From contig JAGGXD010000182.1 in assembly GCA_021163295.1 (NCBI GenBank), positions 6,316 to 70,315 of the forward strand: a stretch of DNA of 64,000 nt, in the 5' to 3' direction. The notes under the pieces are model-generated. The model did no database searches, had not been told where the DNA came from, and saw only the letters and a list, made by a program, of their open reading frames with translations. The stretch comes from Bacteroidales bacterium (GTDB lineage: Bacteria > Bacteroidota > Bacteroidia > Bacteroidales > VadinHA17). Both the position numbers and the translations under genes were made by a program. How positions within the stretch are numbered: the first letter of the stretch is position 1; each line of letters starts with the position of its first letter. Below are positions 46,037 to 55,794 of this stretch, one piece after another.

Positions 46037-48959
46037 TGCTCATTCATATTATAGTCTGCGTTACGGAACCCTTTCACCAGAGGATCTTGTAAAAGAATCT
46101 TCCAAAAGGGGTATAAAGACAATTGCCCTGACTGATATTAATAATTCAACAGGAATACCTGATTTTGTGAAATTATGCCGGAAGGAAAAAATCAAACCTG
46201 TTCCCGGTATTGATTTCCGTGACGGAGACCAACAGCTATATATTGGTCTGGCTAAAAACAATGAAGGTTTCAGAGAACTCAACAGCTTTTTGAGCCGGCA
46301 TAATCTAACAGGCACTCTCCTTCCCCGGTTTGCCCCGGCTTTTAAAAATGTCCGGGTTATTTATCCGTTTGGTTCCCGGTTACCTGGCAATTTAAGAGAT
46401 AACGAATATATAGGCATCCCTCCTTATGCTGTGCGAAAGTTAGTGTCTTCTAAGCTTCCCCGGTCGAAGATAGTCATTTTGCAAAACGCGACTTTTACAG
46501 ATAAAGAAGGTTATGAAGTACATTGTCATCTCCGGGCAATTGACCATAATACACTGCTCAGCAAGCTTGAGCCGTACCAGTGCGCACATCCTGAAGATAA
46601 GCTCTTACAAATAGACCGGCTATTAAAATCTTTTACCGATTATCCTGATATTATTCGTAATACGGAAAAATTAATATCTGCATGCTCATTTGATTTTAAC
46701 TACAAATCATATAAGAATAAAAAAACCTTTACCGGAAATGCGGAGGATGACCGCTTGTTGCTGGAGAAGCTGGCAATGGATGGACTGGACTACCGGTACG
46801 GAAAAAAAAACAGCGAAGCTACAACGCGCATAAAGCATGAACTTAATATTATTAATGAACTGGGCTTTTCTTCATACTTCCTTATCACATGGGATATAAT
46901 ACGTTATTCGATGAACCGGGGGTTTTATCATGTCGGGCGTGGTAGTGGCGCTAATTCAATTGTCGCCTATTGTCTAAAAATTACCAATGTAGATCCTATT
47001 GAACTGGACCTGTATTTCGAGCGGTTTCTTAATCCTAAACGTACCAGTCCGCCCGACTTTGATATCGATTACTCATGGAAAGAGCGTGACGAAGTGCTTG
47101 ATTATATTTTTAAACGGTATGGCAGGGAACATACCGCGTTGCTGGGTACTATATCAACATTTCGTGGTAAATCGATTCTCCGCGAACTGGGAAAAGTTTA
47201 TGGTCTTCCAAAAGCTGAGATTGATGCACTGATCAGTAACCCGTCGGATGAATTGAACCGGAATGATATCACCGGGAAAATTTTTGCTATGGGAATAAAG
47301 ATTGTAGATTTTCCAAATTTGCGAAGTATTCATGCCGGGGGAATTCTTATCTCAGAAGAACCTATTACCTGTTATACAGCCCTTGACCTGCCACCTAAAG
47401 GATACCCTACAACCCAGTGGGATATGTATGTTGCGGAAGATATCGGTTTTGAAAAACTGGATATCCTGAGCCAGCGCGGAATTGGACATATCAAAGAGAG
47501 TGTAGAGATCATTGGACTTAATAAAGGTGTAAAGGTTGATGCATATGCCATACAGGACTTCAAAGAGGATGTTGAAGTAAAAAAGCTGTTAAGAAAAGGT
47601 GAAACCAACGGATGTTTCTATATTGAGAGCCCTGCTATGCGGGGATTACTGGTAAAACTAAAGTGCGACAATTACCTTAATCTTGTAGCTGCAAGTTCGG
47701 TTATACGCCCCGGTGTAGCACGATCGGGGATGATGCGTGAATATATACGCAGGTTTTATAATCCAAACAGTTTTGATTATATCCACCCTGTCATGAAGGA
47801 GCAGCTTTCTGAAACTTTCGGGGTAATGGTTTACCAGGAAGATGTACTAAAGGTTTGTCATCATTTCGCAGGACTTAATCTTGCTGATGCTGATGTTCTG
47901 CGCCGTGCTATGAGTGGAAAGTTCCGCTCGAAAGCAGAGTTAAGGAAGATTATTGATAAATTTTTTAGTAATTGTAAAGCGCGGGGTTATCCTGATAATC
48001 TCACCAAAGAGGTATGGCGTCAGATTGAATCTTTTGCAGGATATTCCTTTTCCAAAGCTCATTCTGCTTCTTATGCTGTTGAAAGTTTTCAGAGCTTATA
48101 CCTTAAAACACATTTTCCTCTTGAATTTATGGTTGCCGTAATAAATAACTTTGGCGGTTTTTACCGTACCTGGGTTTATGTAAATGAGGCCCGCCGATGG
48201 GGAGCCATTATTGAACTACCATGCATTAATAACAGTCTTTATAAAACTACTATTAGTGAAAAAACGATCTATCTGGGGTTTGTTCATATTGATAACCTTG
48301 AACGAAAAATTTCAAAAAAAATACCTTACGAACGCGAAATGCGGGGGGAATACAAAGGACTTGAAGATTTTGTTCAGCGTATCCACCCGGGAATAGAGCA
48401 ACTTACATTATTCATAAGGATTAACGCCTTCAGATTTACCGGAAAATCAAAGAAGGAGCTTTTATGGCAGGCACATATGCTTTACGGAAAAGGGGAAAAA
48501 AGAGAAAACTCCCCTGCCCTGTTCAGCTTGCCTGCAAAAAAATTCAAACTCCCTGAACTTGAGCAAACCAACCTGGAAGATGCTTATGATGAAATTGAAC
48601 TGCTTGGTTTCCCTGTTACCATATCCTACTTCAATTTGTTAAAAACCTCATTCAGGGGTGAGATTAAAGCAAAAAATATGAGTGAAAAGAAAGGCAGAAG
48701 AGTAAGAATGGTTGGGCATCTTGTAACAATAAAATATATTAAAACAGTTAAGAAGGAATGGATGCATTTCGCGGCTTTTATTGATGACACAGGGGAATTC
48801 TTTGATACTGTACACTTCCCACAGACTCTTAAACGATACCCATTCCGAGGGAGTGGCACATACCTGATACTTGGAAGGGTTATTGAAGAGTTTGGTTTTC
48901 CCAGTGTAGAAGTAATTAAGATGGCAAAATTGCCTACGCTTGCCGATCCCAGATATTGA
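46026..48959 (+). CDS. DNA polymerase III alpha-family, error-prone DnaE2/ImuC-like
   Basis: 977 aa (short for a replicative DnaE). N-terminal PHP (YLNAHSYYSLRYGT) and a Pol III alpha core (GRGSGANSIVAYCLKIT, FDIDYS). The context with LexA-like and Y-family genes supports a DnaE2-type role. Confidence 0.75.
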   Translation: MYLNAHSYYSLRYGTLSPEDLVKESSKRGIKTIALTDINNSTGIPDFVKLCRKEKIKPVPGIDFRDGDQQLYIGLAKNNEGFRELNSFLSRHNLTGTLLPRFAPAFKNVRVIYPFGSRLPGNLRDNEYIGIPPYAVRKLVSSKLPRSKIVILQNATFTDKEGYEVHCHLRAIDHNTLLSKLEPYQCAHPEDKLLQIDRLLKSFTDYPDIIRNTEKLISACSFDFNYKSYKNKKTFTGNAEDDRLLLEKLAMDGLDYRYGKKNSEATTRIKHELNIINELGFSSYFLITWDIIRYSMNRGFYHVGRGSGANSIVAYCLKITNVDPIELDLYFERFLNPKRTSPPDFDIDYSWKERDEVLDYIFKRYGREHTALLGTISTFRGKSILRELGKVYGLPKAEIDALISNPSDELNRNDITGKIFAMGIKIVDFPNLRSIHAGGILISEEPITCYTALDLPPKGYPTTQWDMYVAEDIGFEKLDILSQRGIGHIKESVEIIGLNKGVKVDAYAIQDFKEDVEVKKLLRKGETNGCFYIESPAMRGLLVKLKCDNYLNLVAASSVIRPGVARSGMMREYIRRFYNPNSFDYIHPVMKEQLSETFGVMVYQEDVLKVCHHFAGLNLADADVLRRAMSGKFRSKAELRKIIDKFFSNCKARGYPDNLTKEVWRQIESFAGYSFSKAHSASYAVESFQSLYLKTHFPLEFMVAVINNFGGFYRTWVYVNEARRWGAIIELPCINNSLYKTTISEKTIYLGFVHIDNLERKISKKIPYEREMRGEYKGLEDFVQRIHPGIEQLTLFIRINAFRFTGKSKKELLWQAHMLYGKGEKRENSPALFSLPAKKFKLPELEQTNLEDAYDEIELLGFPVTISYFNLLKTSFRGEIKAKNMSEKKGRRVRMVGHLVTIKYIKTVKKEWMHFAAFIDDTGEFFDTVHFPQTLKRYPFRGSGTYLILGRVIEEFGFPSVEVIKMAKLPTLADPRY

Positions 48960-48982
48960 AGCTAATATGAGAGGTTACAGGA

Positions 48983-49672
48983 TTACCAAAAAACAGGTGA
49001 ATAGAAATTCTTGTTTCTAAAGTAAGATCGTCCGTAGTTATTGAACCTGTTGTAGTAAGGATTAAGTCCATCACTATATTCCACACGCGCGCCAATTGTA
49101 AATGCATTAGAGAGTTTATACCTTGCACCAAGTGAAAACTGGTTATAATGATTCTTACCGAATATAGATGAGTTGAGCCGGAAAGGGGAATAATTATTTA
49201 CTGAAAATTTACTTGTATAGACACTCCCGTAAACCAGTAGATTATTGCTGACGAGGTAATCGCCTGAAGCAAACAAAACAAAATTGGAGTTAAGTCTGCC
49301 AGGTAATATGCTCTGTTCCATACCTCCTTTGGGAACAAATTGATTGAACATTGAAGTATGATTATTCATTATTATCCCTCCCACACTGAGATTGAATCGA
49401 GGAGAAATATTGAAGTTTAATGTTGGGGCTATATAAGATGACATCAGCGGGCTTCCGGTAAATGAAGATGTAAATGAAGTGCCAAGTTGTACATCAACAT
49501 TTATAAGTTGCAGGTCTTCACAACCAGGGCGTCTATTTTGGTTGTCAAGAAAATATTTTTCAGGACCAGGAGCCGGCATGAGAAAAGCATTGGGGAAATG
49601 ATAAACCCATTGTGCATTTGCCGTGATATAGGACAGGAAAAATAGTATTATAATCAGAATTCTGTTCTTCAT
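48983..49672 (-). CDS. Hypothetical outer-membrane beta-barrel-like protein
   Basis: 229 aa. Signal peptide (ILFFLSYITANAQ), beta-strand-like alternation, and an aromatic C-terminus ..YSPVFW. Confidence 0.4.
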   Translation of the reverse strand: MKNRILIIILFFLSYITANAQWVYHFPNAFLMPAPGPEKYFLDNQNRRPGCEDLQLINVDVQLGTSFTSSFTGSPLMSSYIAPTLNFNISPRFNLSVGGIIMNNHTSMFNQFVPKGGMEQSILPGRLNSNFVLFASGDYLVSNNLLVYGSVYTSKFSVNNYSPFRLNSSIFGKNHYNQFSLGARYKLSNAFTIGARVEYSDGLNPYYNRFNNYGRSYFRNKNFYSPVFW

Positions 49673-49790
49673 AGTAATTTTTCGAAAATGATGAATAATT
49701 GAATGATAAAGGTAATAAAAACAGGTTATATGTTAAATGTTATACGTTAAAAGTTATACAGGTTTCAGGTTTTTTAACCTCAAACATTCT

Positions 49791-49825
49791 TCAAACCTCA
49801 AACCTCAAACCTCAAACCTCAAACC
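49791..49825 (-). repeat. Heptamer tandem repeat GGTTTGA x5 (read on the minus/coding strand)
   Basis: Plus strand reads tcaaacc x5 exactly. It begins 6 nt downstream of the relA/spoT stop (49831-49833). A further partial copy lies at 49777-49785. The 60 nt at 49771-49830 have 0 G on the plus strand. Confidence 0.9.
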
Positions 49826-49830
49826 AATAT

Positions 49831-52008
49831 TCACCTACTTACCTTAGTAACGCCTTTAATCTTTTCCAGTTTCCGAACAAGCCCTTCCAATACTTTATTA
49901 CCGGATACAAGCACTTTCAGATTACTTTCGAACAAACCTTCTTTTGATTCAACGGATATTGATCTCATATTTACCCGCACATAATTTGAGATAACATCTG
50001 TTATTTTATTTATTATTCCTATTTCATCCACTCCGGATATTCGTATATTAGCCAGAAATGACTCAGACCCTGCTGGTTTTGTCCATCTAACCTTAACAAT
50101 CCTGTATCCAAAATTTTTATATAAATATGGTGCGTTTGGACAGTTTATCCGGTGAATTTTTATTCCTTCGCTTATAGTAACAAATCCAAATACTTTATCC
50201 CCAAATACAGGCATACAGCATTTAGCAAGTTTATAATCCAGGCCCTTTACCTTGTCTTCAATAATAAGGAAATCATCAAAAGATTCGACTACCGGCAATT
50301 CTTTTCGTGGTTCATTTTTTACAATTTCCTTTGAGGACAATAGTTCCTTTTCCGGTTTAGAAAGAATTTCTTTAATCTCACTAATATCAATCTTTTCAGT
50401 CTGAATCATCCAATAAAGATCCTGCGCAAGCTTTATTTTATAATTAGAAAGAAGCTTTTGTACAATCTGGTCGGAATAGCGAATCTTCCAATTCTTTAGG
50501 CGGCGGATCAATATTTCTTTTCCTGATTCAGCAGCTTTTAGTTTTTCTTCATTCAGAGTTTGTTTAATCTTTGTTTTTGCCTTTGAGGTTATCACAAAGT
50601 TTAACCAGTCTGTTTTAGGCTTCTGATTCTTTGAGGTAATGACAGAAACCCTGTCTCCATTTTTCAAAACATGACGGATAGGAACATTTTTCCCGTTCAC
50701 GTTACCTGCAACACAGGCAGCTCCTACCTCAGAATGTATCTCAAAAGCAAAATCAAGAACTGTTGCACCGGCAGGTAGTTGTTTCAGATCCCCGTCAGGG
50801 GTGAAAATATATATTTCATCTGAATATAAACCGGATTTGATCTGCTCATAAAAATCAAGAGATGTTGATTCCTGGGAATCAAGAATCTCACGCATCCTTG
50901 TTAACCATGAATCCAGTCTGCCATTTCCTTTGCCGCCTTTATATTGCCAGTGGGCTGCATAACCTTTCTCAGCAATTTCATTCATACGTGAGGTACGTAT
51001 CTGAACTTCAACCCATCTGCCTTTTGCACCTACTACAGTTGTGTGTAAGGATTCATAACCATTTGATTTGGGTATGGATATCCAATCCCTTAATCTTTGC
51101 GGGTTTGGCTGGTAAATATCCGTGACTATAGAATATGCCTGCCAGCAGTCTTTCTTTTCCTTTTTTTCCCTGGTTTCCAATATTATACGAATGGCAAAAA
51201 TGTCATACACTTCTTCAAAATTCACTCCCTGCTTTTTCATCTTTTGCCAGATGGAATGTATACTTTTTAACCGGCTCTTAACTTCATAATTAAAACTTTG
51301 TTCAGATAGTTTCTCTTTTAATGGTCTGATAAACTCACGGGTAAATCTGTTTCTTTTTGAAGTAGTTTCCCTGACCTTTTCAGCAATGGAATTATAAATA
51401 TCCGGCTCAAGATATTTAAGTGCCGTATCTTCCATCTCGGATTTGATATTATGCAAACCCAACCTGTGAGCCAATGGAGCATATAAATAATATGTCTCAG
51501 AAGATACGCGGAGCCGGGATTCATTGTCCATGGCATCAAGTTTTCGCATCACTTCCAGTCTTTCAGCCAGTTTAATTAGTATTACCCTGATATCATCTGC
51601 AAGATTAACAACCAGTTTCCTGAAATGGTCGGGTTGGTATGAAGTTTTTTCAGTATCCAGATCAGATATCTTCCCCAACCCTTTTATAATTTCGGAAATT
51701 TGAAAACCAAAAGTTTTTTTCAAATCGTTTTCAGTGATCTTCGATATGTTTATAACATCTTTAAGTAAAGTCCCGATTACTGACATATAACCAAGTCCCA
51801 TCTCCCCTGCTACTATTTTCACTACCGATGTAACATGGTCTATTACAGGTTCTCCGGCAAAAGTTAGCTTGCCATTACATTCCTCAGTAACAAGCTGGTA
51901 TGCCTTTCTAACCTGTTTCAACTCTTTCCTGGCAGGAGTTATATGGAAAGACCTGAGAAGTCCCCTGTATCTGTTCTTAATTTCTTTTTCTGTAATAACC
52001 GATGCCAT
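49831..52008 (-). CDS. RelA/SpoT-family (p)ppGpp synthetase/hydrolase
   Basis: 725 aa. HD domain region, synthetase motif (YESLHTTV, RWVEVQIRT), and TGS and ACT-like C-terminal regions. Confidence 0.9.
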   Translation of the reverse strand: MASVITEKEIKNRYRGLLRSFHITPARKELKQVRKAYQLVTEECNGKLTFAGEPVIDHVTSVVKIVAGEMGLGYMSVIGTLLKDVINISKITENDLKKTFGFQISEIIKGLGKISDLDTEKTSYQPDHFRKLVVNLADDIRVILIKLAERLEVMRKLDAMDNESRLRVSSETYYLYAPLAHRLGLHNIKSEMEDTALKYLEPDIYNSIAEKVRETTSKRNRFTREFIRPLKEKLSEQSFNYEVKSRLKSIHSIWQKMKKQGVNFEEVYDIFAIRIILETREKKEKKDCWQAYSIVTDIYQPNPQRLRDWISIPKSNGYESLHTTVVGAKGRWVEVQIRTSRMNEIAEKGYAAHWQYKGGKGNGRLDSWLTRMREILDSQESTSLDFYEQIKSGLYSDEIYIFTPDGDLKQLPAGATVLDFAFEIHSEVGAACVAGNVNGKNVPIRHVLKNGDRVSVITSKNQKPKTDWLNFVITSKAKTKIKQTLNEEKLKAAESGKEILIRRLKNWKIRYSDQIVQKLLSNYKIKLAQDLYWMIQTEKIDISEIKEILSKPEKELLSSKEIVKNEPRKELPVVESFDDFLIIEDKVKGLDYKLAKCCMPVFGDKVFGFVTISEGIKIHRINCPNAPYLYKNFGYRIVKVRWTKPAGSESFLANIRISGVDEIGIINKITDVISNYVRVNMRSISVESKEGLFESNLKVLVSGNKVLEGLVRKLEKIKGVTKVSR

Positions 52009-52101
52009 TGGAAATAAATATTTTAAACAGAATGCAAATATGGTACTTTATCAATCAGTTACAAAGTCGGTTATTTAAAGTTATAGATTATGATAATCAT
52101 A

Positions 52102-52668
52102 TTATTTATAAAATGTGGAATCATAAATAAAAATCTCATCATGATGCCCTAGTATTTTTTCGATTAATTCATTTTGTATACTTTTTACACAATCTACTGA
52201 AGGGAGATAAGGTTTTATGTCAAGTACCGGAGTTTCGTCAAAAGCATCAACACCTGTTACATATAGTATTCCATTTTTAATTTTCTCCAATTTTAAAATT
52301 GAAAAGCCAATTGGATTAGGTCTTTTAGGACTTCGTGTTGAAAATACTCCGAAATTATGTTCGTGACTTGATGATGGTGGATTAATAATCGATTCCCAGC
52401 TATTAACTTTATCAAAGTGGTAGAGCACTATTATATATTCAAATAAATCAAGGGTTGTAAGTGCTTTATGATATTCCGGGTAAATTTCAATAATTCCTTT
52501 TCCTTCAGGCATTAAAATTCCCTGGCGAGGAGCACCTGTTTTTGTTGTATAGTTAGTATGAAAAACACCAATTGGTTTATAATTGATGTCTTTCGTTATG
52601 TTTTGTCCATTAGTATTTATGTTATTGCACCCAATTATTAATAATAATATAACATAACTGTAATTCAT
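52102..52668 (-). CDS. TsaA/TrmO-family (YaeB-like) methyltransferase domain protein with N-terminal lipoprotein-like signal
   Basis: PIGVFHTNY..GAPRQG..GVFSTRSPKRPNPIGFS..TPVLDIKPYLPSVD matches the TrmO fold. The first 14 aa, MNYSYVILLLIIGC, look like a signal/lipobox. Confidence 0.65.
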   Translation of the reverse strand: MNYSYVILLLIIGCNNINTNGQNITKDINYKPIGVFHTNYTTKTGAPRQGILMPEGKGIIEIYPEYHKALTTLDLFEYIIVLYHFDKVNSWESIINPPSSSHEHNFGVFSTRSPKRPNPIGFSILKLEKIKNGILYVTGVDAFDETPVLDIKPYLPSVDCVKSIQNELIEKILGHHDEIFIYDSTFYK

Positions 52669-52836
52669 ATTTTATTTTTTTTACCATTTTGAATAATTTC
52701 CAGTAATTTTCTAATAAAAAGTGTACAAGTAAATCTTTTTCGTTCAGTTCTTTAACTTGCAAGTACTTTTTGAAGGTAATATTGGTACTCAGGTGATCAA
52801 TAAACTGTTTGTTCTTTATAAATTAAGGTGCAACAT

Positions 52837-53178
52837 TTATTCTACAGGTTTAAAAGGATCCCAGATAACAAGGATTAAAGCACCATCCTCTGATTTGAAT
52901 GGGCCATGTTCTTCACTTGCTTTGAATATCTGATATGACCCTGTACTGTAAATTTTTCCCTCACTTATGTATTCACCTTTAAGTACAAAATGTTGTTCCG
53001 TCGTAACATGAGAATGTGGAGCCATATAAAATCCTTTTGGTAGTTTAAGTAATATCGTTTTTGCACTATTTTCATCACGTAAAACTTTTTGTTTTGTACC
53101 ATCTGCATAATTGTTTGCATCCTGCCAGTTTAAATCATCGTATAAGTTTATAAAATTTTTCATTTTAAATTCCTCCAA
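52837..53178 (-). CDS. Cupin-domain protein
   Basis: 113-aa small beta-barrel pattern (PHSHVTTEQHFVLKGEY..G). The start could be the internal Met at codon 6. Confidence 0.5.
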   Translation of the reverse strand: MEEFKMKNFINLYDDLNWQDANNYADGTKQKVLRDENSAKTILLKLPKGFYMAPHSHVTTEQHFVLKGEYISEGKIYSTGSYQIFKASEEHGPFKSEDGALILVIWDPFKPVE

Positions 53179-53325
53179 TTATTTATTTATTTTACAGTAT
53201 TATTTATTTTGTTTGTTTTTAAAATACTCATTTCATGTGGTTTCGGATGTGGATCAGGAAGCTCTTTCAACATGAGCGGTTTTTTTTCAACTGGTGCTTG
53301 ATTCTCAAGAATCCATGCTTTCATT

Positions 53326-55185
53326 TTATAAATTTATTGCTTGTTCATAAGCATCGTGAATGGCATTCTGGGCATTTCCCACTTTATTTGCATCACCTAC
53401 AATGTAAACCGGGATATCATTTCTTAATTCATCCTTTAATGGATTAAAACTCCTCATGCCTGTTGAAACCACGATTAGGTCAACATCATTGAATTGAATA
53501 CTTTTTCCATTTTTATCGGCATAAATTGTACTACCTTCTACTTTTTTAATATAAGTATGATCACTGAAAATAGTCCCTTTTTCTTTCATCATTTTTAAAG
53601 AAAGAATTTTAGCAATCATTTCCATATCTTCTCCAAAATCAGTTGTTCTTTTAACAATAATTACCTGGTTGTTCAGGGGAATTAACGCTGTTGCTATATC
53701 AACGCCGATAAGACCTCCTCCAATTATCAATACTTTTTTATTTTTTGGTAAATTTTCTTTATGCAAGATCTCTGCCCAAAAGGGTTTATCTAACCCGGGT
53801 ATTTTAATATTTGCAGGTTTAGAGCCGGATGCAATAATTACTCCATCATAGTTATTAATTAAATCTGATTTCACGGCTTCTTTATAAATAACATTTATAT
53901 TATTATTTTTTAATTCTTTTACAAAGTATGGAACTAAAGCAGCCATAGATTTTTTATTTGGAGTAAGCGGGGCCAGGTTAAATTGTCCGCCTAATTCATT
54001 TTTTTCGTAAAGATCAACATGATGGCCTCTTCTCTTCAATGTTAAAACAGCTTCCATTCCTGCCAGTCCACCTCCAACAACAGCATAATGTTTTGAATTA
54101 TCAGCCAAAGTAAAAACGTTAGTTTCTTTTCCAATTTCAGGATTCACAAGACATTGAAGACCTTGCCCTGATTTTATACCACCCAGGCAACCTTCTGCAC
54201 AGGCAAGGCAGGGGCGAATATTTCCTTCTACTTTTTTTATACATTTTCCGACAAAATCAGGATCGGCAATTAATGCCCTGCCTATGGCTATGTAATCAGC
54301 ATTATAATTTTTCGTAATATTTTCTATATCTTCTCTTCTATTAATCTGCCCTACAAATATTGTCGGAATATTTACCTCATCTTTAATTTGCCTGGCAAGT
54401 TCCCATGTTTTACCTTTTGGAACAAACATATGCTGAAAAAACCAGGGGGGAGTTGAGCAAACAGAGCCTGCAGACACATGAATTGCATTAATACCATTAG
54501 TTTTCAGCAACTGAGAAAATTTAGCCATATCCTCAATATGAAAGCCATCGGGAATCATTTCATCCCCACTGATCCTTGCAATGATAGGAATATCAACCGC
54601 TTCCCTGACTGCTTTGGCTACTTCAACCGGAAACTTGATCCTGTTCTCAAAACTGCCGCCATATTCATCGTCTCTATCGTTGACTGCCGGGGAAATGAAT
54701 TGTGCCATTAAATAGCCATGCCCAAATTGAAGTTCAATCATATCAAACCCGGAAGCCACTGCCCTTTTTGCGCTGTCAACAAATAATTGTATTACAATAT
54801 CCATTTTTTCCCTATCCATCTTTTCAGGGATGGCACCACCGTTTTTGCAGGCTTTATCGGTTGATGACCAAAAGAAATTTCCGGGGAGTTTAGGATTAGC
54901 CATTCTTCCGGGATGGTTCAAATGTGCAATTACTTTTGTATTGTACTGATGAATTTTATTTGTTAATTTTTTCAGTCCTTCAATTTTGTCATCATTATCA
55001 ATCCCAATTTGAGTAGGTATTTCTCTTAAACTTTTATCAATATACACAGGCTCGGGAGTAATTGCTCCTATATACTTACTCCTTTTTTCATAAAATTTAA
55101 TAAGTTTTTCTGTAATTATTCCTGATTTGTCGCTGTATCCAGTTTTTATGGGTGCGAAAATGAAGTTATTTTTTAATTGTAACAT
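53326..55185 (-). CDS. OYE-type NADH:flavin oxidoreductase fused to FAD/NAD(P)-binding domain (2,4-dienoyl-CoA reductase-like)
   Basis: 619 aa. N-terminal TIM-barrel OYE motifs (HLNHPGRMA, GFDMIELQFGHGYL), Fe-S cysteines (CLACAEGC), and a C-terminal Rossmann motif (YAVVGGGLAGMEAV). Confidence 0.75.
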   Translation of the reverse strand: MLQLKNNFIFAPIKTGYSDKSGIITEKLIKFYEKRSKYIGAITPEPVYIDKSLREIPTQIGIDNDDKIEGLKKLTNKIHQYNTKVIAHLNHPGRMANPKLPGNFFWSSTDKACKNGGAIPEKMDREKMDIVIQLFVDSAKRAVASGFDMIELQFGHGYLMAQFISPAVNDRDDEYGGSFENRIKFPVEVAKAVREAVDIPIIARISGDEMIPDGFHIEDMAKFSQLLKTNGINAIHVSAGSVCSTPPWFFQHMFVPKGKTWELARQIKDEVNIPTIFVGQINRREDIENITKNYNADYIAIGRALIADPDFVGKCIKKVEGNIRPCLACAEGCLGGIKSGQGLQCLVNPEIGKETNVFTLADNSKHYAVVGGGLAGMEAVLTLKRRGHHVDLYEKNELGGQFNLAPLTPNKKSMAALVPYFVKELKNNNINVIYKEAVKSDLINNYDGVIIASGSKPANIKIPGLDKPFWAEILHKENLPKNKKVLIIGGGLIGVDIATALIPLNNQVIIVKRTTDFGEDMEMIAKILSLKMMKEKGTIFSDHTYIKKVEGSTIYADKNGKSIQFNDVDLIVVSTGMRSFNPLKDELRNDIPVYIVGDANKVGNAQNAIHDAYEQAINL

Positions 55186-55229
55186 AATTGAAAAATTTAT
55201 GACTTATAATTAAATTCCGTGTTTGAATT

Positions 55230-55760
55230 TTATTTGAAAGTATTTGCATAATTCTTTGGGACATTTTCTAATAACTTTTTCAAACATTTCATTTTAAAAC
55301 AAAACCACGGAACTTGTTTTTTATACTCTAAATATTCATCGCCAAATTTTCTAATTGTATCAGGTTCCTCAACAAACTTAATCATTATCAGCATGAAAAT
55401 TATTTCAACAGGTGCAATAATTAGAATGAATGAAGGTGACCCTATTAAAAAAGCAACAGCAAACGGCAAAAACAACAAACCCAAATGCATTGGATGTCTC
55501 ATATATTTATATACTCCTTGTTTGGTAAGTATATTAGTTTGCATTCTATTCAATTTACCTTTTCGCCCGTATTTAGCAAGTGTTCTGCCGGTGTTTTTAC
55601 TAATTCGCATTACTATAAATAACAGAAAAACACCAAAAAATAAACTAACAACATGAGAAATAACATTATTATAGACATTCTCAAACATCAAAGAATCAAT
55701 ATAATATCCGAGAACACTACCGCCAAAAATCATTATTATCCAAACAATTATCCTTAACAT
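55230..55760 (-). CDS. Isoprenylcysteine carboxyl / phospholipid methyltransferase-family membrane protein
   Basis: 176 aa with 4-5 TM helices. GVYKYMRHPMHLG..FVEEP..FGDEYLEYKKQV is typical of ICMT/PEMT-like proteins. Confidence 0.65.
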   Translation of the reverse strand: MLRIIVWIIMIFGGSVLGYYIDSLMFENVYNNVISHVVSLFFGVFLLFIVMRISKNTGRTLAKYGRKGKLNRMQTNILTKQGVYKYMRHPMHLGLLFLPFAVAFLIGSPSFILIIAPVEIIFMLIMIKFVEEPDTIRKFGDEYLEYKKQVPWFCFKMKCLKKLLENVPKNYANTFK

Positions 55761-55794
55761 AATCTTTGATTATTTTGATTTCCCACTTACTATT

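Noticed and set aside
42680-48959. A tRNA-Lys-targeted integrative element carrying the polymerase cassette.
   Set aside because: There is no integrase or excisionase ORF. I could not find a direct repeat of the tRNA 3' end (GGTTCGAGACCCAGCTGGATCA) downstream. Only a compositional hint remains, noted under the cassette finding.
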